A stretch of DNA of 64,000 bases from an uncultured cyanobacterium (GCA_963744145.1 CAVUSO010000001.1:2304001-2368000), one strand, 5' to 3'; positions 44,386 through 55,003 are shown, counted from the stretch's first letter. Program-made: numbers and translations. The notes: a model not told the origin generated them from the letters alone.

Positions 44386-45530
44386 TAAAACTCTGAAAAT
44401 TCGGGTATATCCTGAACCTGCACTGCATCAAAAATGGAAGTCTTGGTTAGCGGCATCTCGTCACTGTTATAACCAAGCGATCGCTGCATTGAAATCAGGT
44501 AAAGAAATAACCAGTGCTTATTCACTGCGGAATTATGTGTTCAGTTTGGACTTACCTGATTGGGTAAAATCTGCCCCAGCACATCCAAAAGAGAATGCAA
44601 TTTTTGATGCTTGGGATGCAAGTAAACAAGCTCAGTCGCAAGGAGGTGAAGCAAGTTTCAGAAATTGTAGACAACCAGTCCAGGCGATTAAGTTTCATCA
44701 AGTTAACTTTAACGGGAAAACTTGGTTTCCTTCTCTGGTTAAAGGACTTAGTTTTCAGGCTAGCGAACCATTACAAAAAACTGAATTTGCGACTCAATTA
44801 GTCAGAGATAGAAAGCGGTGGTTTGCTTGTATTCCCATCCAGGCTGAAATTAATGAACCAAAACAATTAGACCAAGTAATTGCTTTAGATCCGGGGGTAA
44901 GAACTTTTCTAACTGGATATGATGGTGATTCATACTTAGAGTTTGGTAAGGCAGACATTGGACGCATTCAAAGATTGTGTTCTCACCTTGACCAACTCAT
45001 AGGACGCGCCTCGAAATCTGGTCGAAAACAAAAACGTCGGATGTACCAAGCCGCGAATCGTTTACGCATTAGAATTCGCAATTTGGTAGATGAATGTCAT
45101 AAACAAGTTGCTAATTACCTGACAACTCAGTACAAGGTGATTTTTCTGCCTAAGTTTGAAACTTCACAAATGGTAATTAAGTCCGGACGTCCGACTTCAT
45201 ACTAAAACAGCGAGACAGATGCTTACTTGGGCGCATTACCGATTTAAGTGTCATCTCAAACAAGTCGCTCAACAGCGTGGTGTTGTCGTCATTGATGTGA
45301 ATGAATCTTACACCTCAAAAACTTGTACTAGCTGCGGATACCAGCACCACCAATTAGGCGGGTCGAAAACGTTTAAATGCCCCCATTGTGGTCATATTCA
45401 TGATCGCGACTGGGGGGGCGCTCGGAACATTATGATCCGGGCTTTGAGGGACGGCTCCTTTGCTTTGGCGATCACGAGCGAAAGCATTGCTGTCGCGTAT
45501 GCTCTATTTGTCCAGAGTTGTACAGCGTAA
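44315..45530 (+). pseudogene. tnpB: IS607 TnpB of pro-Fanzor type (+1 frameshift near 45190; start uncertain)
   Basis: KIRVYP, ALDPGVRTF, IFLPKFET (shifted Glu), MLTWAHYRFK, ESYTSKTCTSCG, CPHCG, DRDWGGARNI. Confidence 0.88.
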
Positions 45531-45538
45531 TACCGTCA

Positions 45539-45828
45539 GCATCCCAAGAATTGGGTTGAATGACAAATTCAGCCAGATCTGCCACAATCGTTTCTATCTC
45601 CACAGAACGCTCTGCTGCTAGTTTGCGAGCTTTCTCCAAGCCTATAGAAGAACCATCGACAGCCGTAACCTGACATCCTTGCTGTGCTAGATATACAGCA
45701 TTCCTACCTTCTCCTTCGGCTAGAGAAAGAACATGACCTTTGGGAATCTGTTGGATGACTTGGACTAAAAAGTCGTTGGGATGCTTACCATAGGCATACT
45801 CAGTCTGGCTATATCGTTCATTCCACAT
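45539..45828 (-). pseudogene. 5' half of the split SAM-dependent methyltransferase
   Basis: MWNERY...PNDFL...LAEGEGRNAVYLA...WDA; homology ends at the IS607 right end. Confidence 0.9.
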
Positions 45829-45892
45829 AATTTACTAAAACGCTGTATTGTTATAACAAATGATTAGGAATACGGTAAAATTTTTACCCGAC

Positions 45893-46897
45893 CTAAATAT
45901 CTTCAACGACTTTGCCTCGGAACACTACATAGTTGTAGATGTTGTAGAACAACATAATGGGAATCAGAAAGCCAATAAAGATGAGCATAAATACTAACGC
46001 ACTAGGAGAGGCTGCGGCTTGATAGATGGTGATTTGGGTGGGGATGATGTAAGGAAAGACGATCAGTCCTAATCCAATAAAGGTAAGCAAGAAGATCAGA
46101 ATCGTCCAGATCAATGGTGTGTTTTCCTCCTCCCGGTTGAGACTTGTCCACAGCAGCCACACCAGTACCACACCCAACACCGGAATCATGGCAAAGATAT
46201 AAATTAAAGGCTGGCTAAATAACCGAGTTCGCGCTGCTTCATAGACGATCGGAGTAGCGATCGTGATTAAAGTCGCACCAATAAAGGTGGTGATAGTGGC
46301 AATTTTAGCGGTGCGAAAGTGGGTTTTTTGCAATTCTCCGTCAGTTTTCAAAATTAGGTAGGTAGAACCAATTAAGACATAGCCCTGGATTAAAGTCAGT
46401 GCTACTAATAGCGATCGCCAGTCCAACCAATCCCAGGTGGAGCCAATAAAGTGACCTGTCTGATCCACCGCGATCCCTTCAATTACACTACCAAGAGCAA
46501 AACCCTGTCCTAGGGCAGCAATAAAACTACCAATTCCAAAAGCAAAATTCCACAGCAACTTGCGATCGGAATGTTCTCGAAATTCAAAGGCGACTGCTCG
46601 AAAAATCAGCCCAAAAATCATGAGGAAAATCGGAATATACAAGGCACTGAGGATGGTGCTATAAGCCAAGGGAAATGCTCCAAATAAGGCTCCTCCCATT
46701 AGCACTAACCAAGTTTCGTTAGCATCCCAAATATTACCCAAACTGGTCATCAAAATAGTGCGGCGTTTTTCGTCTGAACTGGTCAGAGACAGGATGCCAA
46801 CTCCCAGGTCAAAACCATCGAGCATGACATACAGAAATAGGAATAACGCCAAAATTACAAACCAAACTTGAGGCAAAAAATGTAGTAGTGCGTCCAT
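45893..46897 (-). CDS. cydB: Cytochrome bd ubiquinol oxidase subunit II
   Basis: LDGFDLGVG, WDANETWLV, FRAVAFEFR. Confidence 0.95.
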   Translation of the reverse strand: MDALLHFLPQVWFVILALFLFLYVMLDGFDLGVGILSLTSSDEKRRTILMTSLGNIWDANETWLVLMGGALFGAFPLAYSTILSALYIPIFLMIFGLIFRAVAFEFREHSDRKLLWNFAFGIGSFIAALGQGFALGSVIEGIAVDQTGHFIGSTWDWLDWRSLLVALTLIQGYVLIGSTYLILKTDGELQKTHFRTAKIATITTFIGATLITIATPIVYEAARTRLFSQPLIYIFAMIPVLGVVLVWLLWTSLNREEENTPLIWTILIFLLTFIGLGLIVFPYIIPTQITIYQAAASPSALVFMLIFIGFLIPIMLFYNIYNYVVFRGKVVEDI

Positions 46898-46906
46898 ATC
46901 AGATCC

Positions 46907-48343
46907 TTACTGTTGCGCTTTGGCTGGACGTTGATCGGGAATGTGGCTAGTGCGGTCTTGATTCTGAGTGCGATCTAATTCTGGTACAGGTAGCTCTAGA
47001 TTAGGACCGTGTTGGATAATTCGGCTACCAAAGTATAGTGTGAAAACAAACAAAACCGAATAGATCACCGCAAACAGAATCAGCGAAGTTAGGACATTTC
47101 CTGCTGGGATCTGGGATGCTGCATCGGCTGTGCGAATTTGCCCGTATAGAGTCCAGGGTTGTCGTCCCACACAGCGCACAATCCAGCCTGACTCAACCGC
47201 AATATAGCCCAAGGGAGCAGCAAAAATCCAGGTGCCCAGTAGCCATTTTTGCTGAACAATTTTTTCAGGTGAGAGGTTGCCCAGTAGCCATTGCAGAACG
47301 CTCCACAGCATTAATCCTGCTAAAAAGAAGCCTATCCCGCTCATAATTCGGAAAGAATAGTAAATCAATCCCACCATGTGGGGGCGATCGCTCGGCTCCC
47401 ATTCCTTTAAACCTTGGATCGGTTCAGACAAGTTCTTTTTAAATTCCAAAATGTAGCCTAAACCATTCGGAATAGTGATTTCCCAGTTATTCTTCTCTCC
47501 AATTTCATCGGGTATAGCCAGTAAACTCCAATCCGCTGGTTGTCCTGCTGGACTAGTTTCCCATTTGGCTTCCATTGCTGCTAGTTTAGTGGGTTGATGT
47601 TGTGCTACCTGTTCAGCACTAAGGTGTCCGATGTAGATTTGCAACGGGGTAATCGCGATCGCAATGGCTAAGACAATCTTCAGCGATCGGGCAAAGAAAG
47701 CTTGATGACGGTGGTTAAGAATATACCAGGCACTAATACCACCAATCACGAATAAAGATGTTTCCAGGGTGGCCAAAAACATATGGGACACGCTGTTAAT
47801 CATGAAGGGATTCCAGATTGCCTGAAAATAATCACTGACAATAAACTTACCATTGACCATTTCTCCACCTGTTGGGGTTTGTAGCCAGGAATTAGCCACC
47901 AAAATCCAGAAGGTAGATAAATTGGCACCAAATGCCACCATAATAGTAGCCAGGTAATGAATTATGGGAGGCACCCGTTCCCAACCAAACAGCATAATAC
48001 CCAGAAATCCTGCTTCCAGCATGAATGCCATCGCACCTTCAAAACCGAGAATGCTGCCCAAAAAATCACCTACTGCTTCCGAGAGTGGTGCCCAGTTGGT
48101 GCCAAATTGAAACTCCATCGGTAGACCTGATGCGACTCCAATGCCAAAGTTGAGAACATAAAGCTTTGACCAGAAGCGAGCATGGTGGTAATAATCGGGG
48201 TTGCGTGTTTTCAGCCATAGCCCTTCCACGATGACTAGGTAGATAGCCATACCAGTCGTGAGGACGGGCCAGAGCATGTGAAAGATCGCAGTCAGAGCAA
48301 ACTGCATTCGCGAGAGTGCAACGGTGTTCGATAAAAGATCCAT
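46907..48343 (-). CDS. cydA: Cytochrome bd ubiquinol oxidase subunit I
   Basis: FHMLWP, FQFGTNW, QPTKLAAMEA, GRQPW. Confidence 0.96.
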   Translation of the reverse strand: MDLLSNTVALSRMQFALTAIFHMLWPVLTTGMAIYLVIVEGLWLKTRNPDYYHHARFWSKLYVLNFGIGVASGLPMEFQFGTNWAPLSEAVGDFLGSILGFEGAMAFMLEAGFLGIMLFGWERVPPIIHYLATIMVAFGANLSTFWILVANSWLQTPTGGEMVNGKFIVSDYFQAIWNPFMINSVSHMFLATLETSLFVIGGISAWYILNHRHQAFFARSLKIVLAIAIAITPLQIYIGHLSAEQVAQHQPTKLAAMEAKWETSPAGQPADWSLLAIPDEIGEKNNWEITIPNGLGYILEFKKNLSEPIQGLKEWEPSDRPHMVGLIYYSFRIMSGIGFFLAGLMLWSVLQWLLGNLSPEKIVQQKWLLGTWIFAAPLGYIAVESGWIVRCVGRQPWTLYGQIRTADAASQIPAGNVLTSLILFAVIYSVLFVFTLYFGSRIIQHGPNLELPVPELDRTQNQDRTSHIPDQRPAKAQQ

Positions 48344-48403
48344 GCGTCCTCTATTAAGTGGATTGTAGATTTTTAACTATTAACAAGAGAATATAGTTTT
48401 TCT

Positions 48404-49081
48404 CTAGCACCAGGATTGTTCACCAGGAGGATTGTGCAGTAACTCCCGAATATTAGCTTCAATGACTCGATAGCCAACATTACCATTGAGTCTTTGCCGT
48501 CCTTCATTAAAAATTAAAGTGGGGCTGACTGTAACAGTATACTCTTTACTTGAATCAAAATCCTTCGATAGCAAAGCATAAGCTTCACCACTATTAATAT
48601 GTTCTTCAATCTTAGTGATCGGCAATCCTAGCTGTTCCGCAATGCCAAACTGTACTTGGCGATCAGCGATATTTGCCAGTTGGGTAAAAAATGCCTCCCG
48701 AAATGCCCATGTTGCTTTTTTAAAGACTTGCTCAGATTTAGGAACGATACCTTTGATTTCTAATAATTTAATGGCGTGAAGAAACAAATGACAGGAGGTA
48801 GATGAGGCTGGTAGAACTTTCACCCAAATATCTGGATGAATAGTAATATGATTGAATTTTCTGGCAACTTCATGAACATGGTTGCTATATGCTTTTAAAC
48901 CACCCCGATCGCGCCAACGATTTTCTAACTTTTCCTGGGCATTACCAAAAATAGACACAAAATGATCATCGATCGATATCTGGTCTGAAAAATTTGTCAT
49001 CAGTTCATCAAGGCGAATTTGAGCAATATATGCCCAAACACAGAGAACATCGGAATAGTAAGATATAGCAATAGGTTCCAT
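48404..49081 (-). CDS. DsbA/FrnE-like thioredoxin-fold protein
   Basis: SDVLCVWAYI, VSPTLIFNEGRQRLNGNVGY. Confidence 0.8.
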   Translation of the reverse strand: MEPIAISYYSDVLCVWAYIAQIRLDELMTNFSDQISIDDHFVSIFGNAQEKLENRWRDRGGLKAYSNHVHEVARKFNHITIHPDIWVKVLPASSTSCHLFLHAIKLLEIKGIVPKSEQVFKKATWAFREAFFTQLANIADRQVQFGIAEQLGLPITKIEEHINSGEAYALLSKDFDSSKEYTVTVSPTLIFNEGRQRLNGNVGYRVIEANIRELLHNPPGEQSWC

Positions 49082-49108
49082 AGTTTTTTTGAGGGTAAAT
49101 AGGAAAAG

Positions 49109-49475
49109 TTAAATCATCCAGTCACTATTAATCGCGACTATTGAGTGATCTAATTTGGGTTTGGCATCTTTCTGATTGGTTTTCTGACTACGCCAAAGTT
49201 TATAATACAAAATTGGTACTGCCGATCGCGATAATAACAAGGAAGCAACTTCACCTGCCATTAGTGAGATCGCTAAACCCTGAAAGATTGGATCAGCGAG
49301 AATAATTGCTGATCCTACCACTACCGCAGCCGCAGTGAGGAGCATCGGACGAAACCTGACTGCTCCTGCATCAATTACAGCTTGTTCCAGAGGTATTCCT
49401 TCTTTTAAACGTAACTCAATAAAGTCTACCAGAATGATCGAGTTACGCACCACAATTCCCGCACCAGCAATGAAC
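49109..49475 (-). pseudogene. 3' remnant of an RND (AcrB/CzcA) efflux permease
   Basis: [13 protein letters not shown]...[10 protein letters not shown]. Confidence 0.8.
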
Positions 49476-50674
49476 CAATACATCCGTGAAGAACGCCGTG
49501 ATGAGATATATGATAACTTCAAGTTAGCGCAGGTAGAACAGCAAAAAGGTGAACTGAAGTTTTCCTCTAATATTAACGAACTCAGACAATTAATAGAGGA
49601 ATAATCGTGGAAGTTAGTTTTAGTTCAGCTTTTCAACCTGCCTTTAAAAAGCGGATTAAAGGCAATACAGATTTAGAGGAGGCTTAACCATGCTCACATT
49701 TAACCTTGATGACGAAGCTGAAAAATATCTGATTGAGATATTATCTCAGGAAAAAACCACTAGCCAAGAATTAGTGAAAAAAACTCTTGCGTAACCATTT
49801 GACTAATTTAAAGCCATCTCAAACTATTTTGGCAAGAATGGGAGGTTATCCCGAATATTTATTAGCAGGCACAAAGGATTTATCAGATAGAGAGACTCGC
49901 AAACAAATTTTGGGAAAAAGGAGTTTTTCTAGCTGAACATTTAATTTGTGAAGATTATCAACACATGGCAGAACTAAACTTAAATTATCAAAATTTACCA
50001 GGAGATTTTAGCGATTTATCATTGGGCGCAATTTCTGAGCGTTTAAATATTCCCGCGATCGCCACATTAGATCAAGATTTTGATATTTACCGTCGTTATC
50101 GCAATCAACCTTTTATTCGTGTTTTTTATCCTCAATAACTCATTCACGTTTCTAAAATAGTCTGTTGTAGCCAATTAATAATAGTTTGAATCAGATGGGG
50201 ATCTGGCGGTGAAAAAGTGGGAATGGTGGGATGGGGTGTTTATCCCAGTCTAGGAGTGAAGAGTAGATTTTGAGTTCGGTGAGGGTGCGGGGTGTACCTC
50301 CGGTGGATTTGGGGCAATGGTGTTTTTTGACGAGTTGCAGGTAGATGTCGGCAGCGGGGGGGTGATCGAATTTGCTGCGATCATCGATGCAGAAGAGTTG
50401 GTGGAATCCTTGGGGTAGTGGTAAGATGGAAAAATAAATTCAAGGTTGTTTTATGTCAAATCCTGAATTATTGGCAAAAATTCAGCAGTTATCCCGTGAT
50501 GAGAAGGTTGAAATGATGCAGTTTTTAACGGCTGAATTGGCGAAATAAGAAGGTTTAAAATCATTAGATAATGGTGTTGTTTATCGTCTTTGGTCGCCTT
50601 ATGATTATGGTGACGCGGCTCAGAAATTAATGAGCTTATTAGAACAAGCAGAAGCGAAAGAAAATGCGAAATGC
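49476..50674. pseudogene. Mosaic of TA fragments (antitoxin tail, RelE-like start, frameshifted antitoxins, PIN C-terminus) and a NACHT C-terminal fragment
   Basis: Short broken frames such as ..[26 protein letters not shown].., MLTFNLDDEAEKYL.. and GDFSDLSL..IATLDQDFDIYR. Confidence 0.55.
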
Positions 50675-51044
50675 TAAACGATTTTCTTTTATTGAACGAA
50701 GGAATCAAGCAGGAGAGGCTAATGTTTTTCCTTGTGTACCCATAATTTTAAGCTACCGAGATTGTGTTTTAGAAGTTGTTGGTTTGTTAGATACGGGAGC
50801 AAGTCTTAATATTTTACCGGATCATATTGGTTTAGCGTTAGGAGCAGTTTGGGAGGAGCAAACGCTTTCAATTCCGTTAGCAGGTAATCTTGCGCCAGTG
50901 GAAGCAAGGGGTTTAGCTGTTATGGGACAAATTAGCAATTTTCCACCTGTTCGTTTAGCTTTTGCTTGGGCGAAGTCTAACGATCCGCCTATTATTTTAT
51001 TAGGGGAGGTTTGGGTTTCGCTTAAACTGTGCCATGTGCGGTAG
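50664..51044 (+). CDS. Retropepsin-like aspartyl protease family protein (3' end likely truncated)
   Basis: LLDTGAS...IILLG; the 3' end overlaps the opposite-strand NACHT-derived sequence. Confidence 0.6.
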   Translation: MRNAKRFSFIERRNQAGEANVFPCVPIILSYRDCVLEVVGLLDTGASLNILPDHIGLALGAVWEEQTLSIPLAGNLAPVEARGLAVMGQISNFPPVRLAFAWAKSNDPPIILLGEVWVSLKLCHVR

Positions 51045-52474
51045 AAGTCGGGGTAGGGGAGGTTTTGGGCGCAGTGACGAATAACTATGTACGCAGCATT
51101 ATCAAAATCAAAAGATTCTATATGGTTTGTTTCTTTATTTATCGTCCAAAAACTATTTAAGATAAACAATATCCAGAATAATATATGATTTTTGTATATT
51201 GACTGTAGGCGTATCGTCGATTCGGCTACGTTTACTAAACAATCTTTAGGGCTTTTTGGGGACAAGCAAGATAGACAGTATTGCATAAAGCTTGTAATTT
51301 TATTGTTTATTGATGTCCTGAAAAGGTAGAAAAATCGGGCTGAAAAAATCCCTTTGCTAAGTATATAGCTTAAATCATCAAGCCAAAGCCAAGTCTGATT
51401 CGGCTTGGATGATTGATAAAATTGATAAAAAGATATAAAATCGACATCATTGACAATTTCGTAAAGGTCATCGCCCATCTCTGCATGGACTAAATGATAT
51501 GGCAAATTTACCACATAATGTTCATCTTCATTGAGTGATTCCCAGACACCTGAAAATTCTTTAACCTTTTTATCGTTGAGTTTCTGAGCTAATAGTGAAC
51601 TAGCAAGCGAAGAGGAAATTTGTTTGTAAAAATCACTACACCCATCATCAAAATTCACCAACTTCTCAATAAACTCCTCCTTCTCCTCATCTTCAACATC
51701 CCCACGCCCCAACCACAACAAAATCACCTGCTTCCACTGCGGTTCAAAAATCCGATATTCCTTCCCCGCCACCGGAAAATTAACATGATTTCGAGGTAAA
51801 AAATAATCCCAATCATCCACCGCCAAGGCAGCAAAATACTCCTGAAACGAGGCATGATAAAACACGCAAATCGCTTCTGGAAACCGTTCCACCCGATTCA
51901 ACCACCCCAACCTCATCACCGCCTGAAAAATCGGGCGATTTCCCAAAACCTTCACCACCCAACTTTCGGCTACAATAATTAGGCGATCGCCTCCGAGTTT
52001 CCATTTTTTGACATAATCTGAGGTCAGATTCAGCAAATCACCACTATGACAACAATCGAGAAACACAACTTGTTGGGAAATCGGACTATTTAGCATCAGT
52101 TCCCGCAACTGCTCTAGAGGAAAACCCCATTGTGATTTGCTCGGATTAGCATCACTAGCTGCAAGGTAAATTCGACCATCAGTCCCTGGGATTCCATGTC
52201 CTGCAAAGAAGAATAACGCTACATCGGGCAGGGTTTGGGTCTTTGGTTGAAATAGGTGATGAATAGCTTGGGACAGTTCTTCAGTGCTGACAACCTTTTG
52301 ATTTTCCTGAGAAGAAAGCAATCTATCATCAACAGACCAAGCAAAATCAGGATTTCCTTGGGAACGATTAAGCAAGGTGGCGATGTTCGTGGCATCGTAA
52401 TAGGGAGCATAGAGATGGTTATTTGTGAGGAAAGGATAACGATTGATCCCAACTACTAAGGCTTGTCGTTTCAT
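50822..52474 (-). pseudogene. Caspase (peptidase C14) domain fused to internal fragments of a NACHT/HEAT protein
   Basis: ALVVGINRY, FAGHG, LDCCHSG, then FYHASFQEYFAA...EPQWKQVILLWLG; no Walker A/B. Confidence 0.7.
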
Positions 52475-52525
52475 CTGCCTTACACCAACTATGATTAATC
52501 TTGGTTGAAATTTTACCCTAATTAC

Positions 52526-53116
52526 TTATGATCTCTCACGCCCCAAAATTTCATCAACACTAACCACCAACTCACTAAAAGCAAGGGGTGAAATAGTGTC
52601 ACCGCGTCGAAAACGTTGGACATTTGTATAACCATTAGCAGTGGGGTCGCGATCAACCTCTAGTACGGGCGTATTGCAATACGCCCCTTCTAAATTGACA
52701 ATCCAAAGTTCAATGATTCCCGCTCTACTATAGATAATTGCTTTTTTACGGTCCCTCCTAATTGTGGGATCTGCTACCTCAATAAGTAAAAAAATATCTT
52801 CAGGTTCAGGATGTTTATCTTCATACCCATATTGGTCTGGTTTTGCCACCACTAAATCAGGCTGTACATCCGAATAACTATCTATATGAACAGGATTCTG
52901 TACTGGTAAAGAAATCATCTTTCTGGTAACAAGTTCAGAAAAAATGGTTACTAAACGATTTACACAACCTGCATGACGAATCCCAATCGGTGCCATGTAA
53001 ACAATATCCCCATCAATTAACTCAACCCGATCATCTGGTATAAGTATCCCAACCTCACCCAGCTTGTAATATTCCTCTACAGTAAATTTCTTTTGTTCTG
53101 TTGCTACTACAGACAT
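52526..53116 (-). CDS. Uma2-family endonuclease carrying an in-frame palindromic repeat (GAYCNTPV)
   Basis: RVELIDG, QPDL, LLIEVAD, YSRAGI.ELWIVNL. Confidence 0.85.
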   Translation of the reverse strand: MSVVATEQKKFTVEEYYKLGEVGILIPDDRVELIDGDIVYMAPIGIRHAGCVNRLVTIFSELVTRKMISLPVQNPVHIDSYSDVQPDLVVAKPDQYGYEDKHPEPEDIFLLIEVADPTIRRDRKKAIIYSRAGIIELWIVNLEGAYCNTPVLEVDRDPTANGYTNVQRFRRGDTISPLAFSELVVSVDEILGRERS

Positions 53117-53489
53117 AATTTTTACCATCCTAAAAGATGCAATTTGCGATCGCATCCCGATCTAGTTGAAGAAACCAACATCAGTAGATAGTGGGACGGC
53201 GCGATCTCTCTACATCAGCCGTCAGTGTGGTAGTAAAAGCGATCGCGAGTGGAACAACAAAGCTATGCTAACTTGATCCTGTACCGCTGCCAAAATACAG
53301 CTTGACCCATTGAATGTATTCTGATCGATAAAATGCTAAAATTGTGATAATTACGTTTTTAGTTTTAGCTTTATAAAACCATGTTACTAGAAGATTACTT
53401 TAATTTTTTGGCTCCTGATGACATTCGGCTCAAAGGGACAAGAATCGGGATTGAAACAATTTTGTTTGACCCTAAACAGGACAAACTTC

Positions 53490-53918
53490 ATGCCCGCTAA
53501 AGACCTCTATCATGATACCGTCTGCACCGCCCTGATCAAAGACGGTTGGAAAATTACTGATGACCCGCTCATCCTCAAGATCGGGAGACGCTCTGCTTTT
53601 GTCGATCTGGGGGCTGAAAAACTGATTGCTGCTGAGAGGGATTCTGAAAAAATCGCTGTCGAAATCAAAAGCTTTCTTAGTCCTTCTCCCATCAATGATC
53701 TCGAAAATGCCTGGGAACAATTCTTTTTGTATGCTAGAACACTCCAAAAAATAGACCCAAATCGTTGTCTTTATCTAGCGATTAGTCGCAATACCTTTGA
53801 GACTTTATTCCAAGAGGAAGCGGGACAACTTTTGTTAGAAGAACCTGACTTCCGCATGATAGTTTTTGACTTCATCAGTGAGGAAATCATCCAATGGAAA
53901 CCGCAAATAAACCCCTAG
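53490..53918 (+). CDS. xisH: XisH-family protein
   Basis: MPAKDLYH..DGWKITDDPL..DLGAEKLIAAE..AVEIKSF. Confidence 0.92.
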   Translation: MPAKDLYHDTVCTALIKDGWKITDDPLILKIGRRSAFVDLGAEKLIAAERDSEKIAVEIKSFLSPSPINDLENAWEQFFLYARTLQKIDPNRCLYLAISRNTFETLFQEEAGQLLLEEPDFRMIVFDFISEEIIQWKPQINP

Positions 53919-54241
53919 ACCAATGGCGTGAGATTCTGGAGAAAATTCTTCAATATTATGCCGATCTTCCCTACCGTTATGGTGATGTGATTACTTATGT
54001 TATTGTCAGTCGCGATCGCCACCACTTTATGCTGGTACATGAGGGCTGGGAAAATGACCGACGAGTGCATGGCTGTATCGTCCATGCCGAAATTCGCAAC
54101 GACAAAATTTGGATTCACTATGATGGAATTGAAGATGGCATTACAGATGAACTTGTCGCTGCTGGAGTACCTAAAGATTGTATTGTTCTAGCCTTTCATC
54201 CTCCTCAAGTTCGAGAGCATACTGGATATGCGTTGGCGTAG
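53894..54241 (+). CDS. xisI: XisI-family protein
   Basis: GWENDRRVHGC..KIWIHYDGIE..GVPKDCIVLAFHPP. Confidence 0.92.
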   Translation: METANKPLDQWREILEKILQYYADLPYRYGDVITYVIVSRDRHHFMLVHEGWENDRRVHGCIVHAEIRNDKIWIHYDGIEDGITDELVAAGVPKDCIVLAFHPPQVREHTGYALA

Positions 54242-54347
54242 GTTAATTGCTTTAATTTTGTGAGTAAGGATTGTTCTAATGTCATAATCCTATCTCCTTA
54301 GTTGTTAGCATTTAGTTAGCGAGAAAATCAGATAGTCTTCTTTTTCT

Positions 54348-54632
54348 ATGATAACTCCAGAGGCAGTCCCATTTCCTCATCGTTTGTTAGGATGGCGATC
54401 GCACCCCGAATCAGACAATCAACCCGCAGATTGGATCATCGAACAACCAGACTTTTTGAGCGAAGGTAAAAATGCTCAGGGTAATCCTACTGCTTCTAGC
54501 TTAAGTGTTTCCACTGGAATTTGTATCTGTGGTGCAGGTTTAGCTGTTGCTGATCCAGGAAACAATCGAGTTTTGTTGTGGAATTTGAGTAGCTTAGTTT
54601 ACCAAATCGCTTTTATGTTAGATAATGCTTGA
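54348..54632 (+). pseudogene. NHL-repeat protein remnant, copy 1
   Basis: ADPGNNRVLLW, QPDFLS. Confidence 0.6.
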
Positions 54633-55003
54633 ATTCTTAAATCGCGAGTCACTAAAGGTAACTGCAAATATAAAGCAGTAGTAGCAATGATTCGATCAGG
54701 CATTTCAGGCACAACTATTCTATCAATTTGCTGAATAGATACGGCCAGATGTCGGTCTATTGGAACTAGAAAAATATTAATACTAGGATTATCAATAGAA
54801 CTCAGAACCCTAGTTAATACCTCGGTGGCAATCCGCCCTTTCTCTATCAAGTAAGCTATCTCAATAATTGAAATAGCGGAAATATAGATAGGACTATTTG
54901 TATTGACAGCTTGCTCAAGGGTTTTCAAAGCCGCTTCAGATAGTCGATTGAGATCAAAGATATACCAAATTAAAACATGAGTGTCGATGACTACTGCGGT
55001 CAT
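54599..55003 (-). CDS. VapC-type PIN toxin
   Basis: IDTHVLIW, SIIEI, DRIIATTA, LVTRD. Confidence 0.88.
   Translation of the reverse strand: MTAVVIDTHVLIWYIFDLNRLSEAALKTLEQAVNTNSPIYISAISIIEIAYLIEKGRIATEVLTRVLSSIDNPSINIFLVPIDRHLAVSIQQIDRIVVPEMPDRIIATTALYLQLPLVTRDLRIQALSNIKAIW

Noticed and set aside
44315..45530. TnpB as a bona fide Cas12/type V effector of the array
   Set aside because: It sits behind IS607 tnpA and is transcribed away from the array. The repeat and inferred PAM are type I-D, and no anti-repeat/tracrRNA was seen. Functional coupling is unproven.
32468..45540. CAST/Tn7-like element
   Set aside because: No tnsB/tnsC/tniQ, no TGT...ACA ends and no 5-bp TSD.
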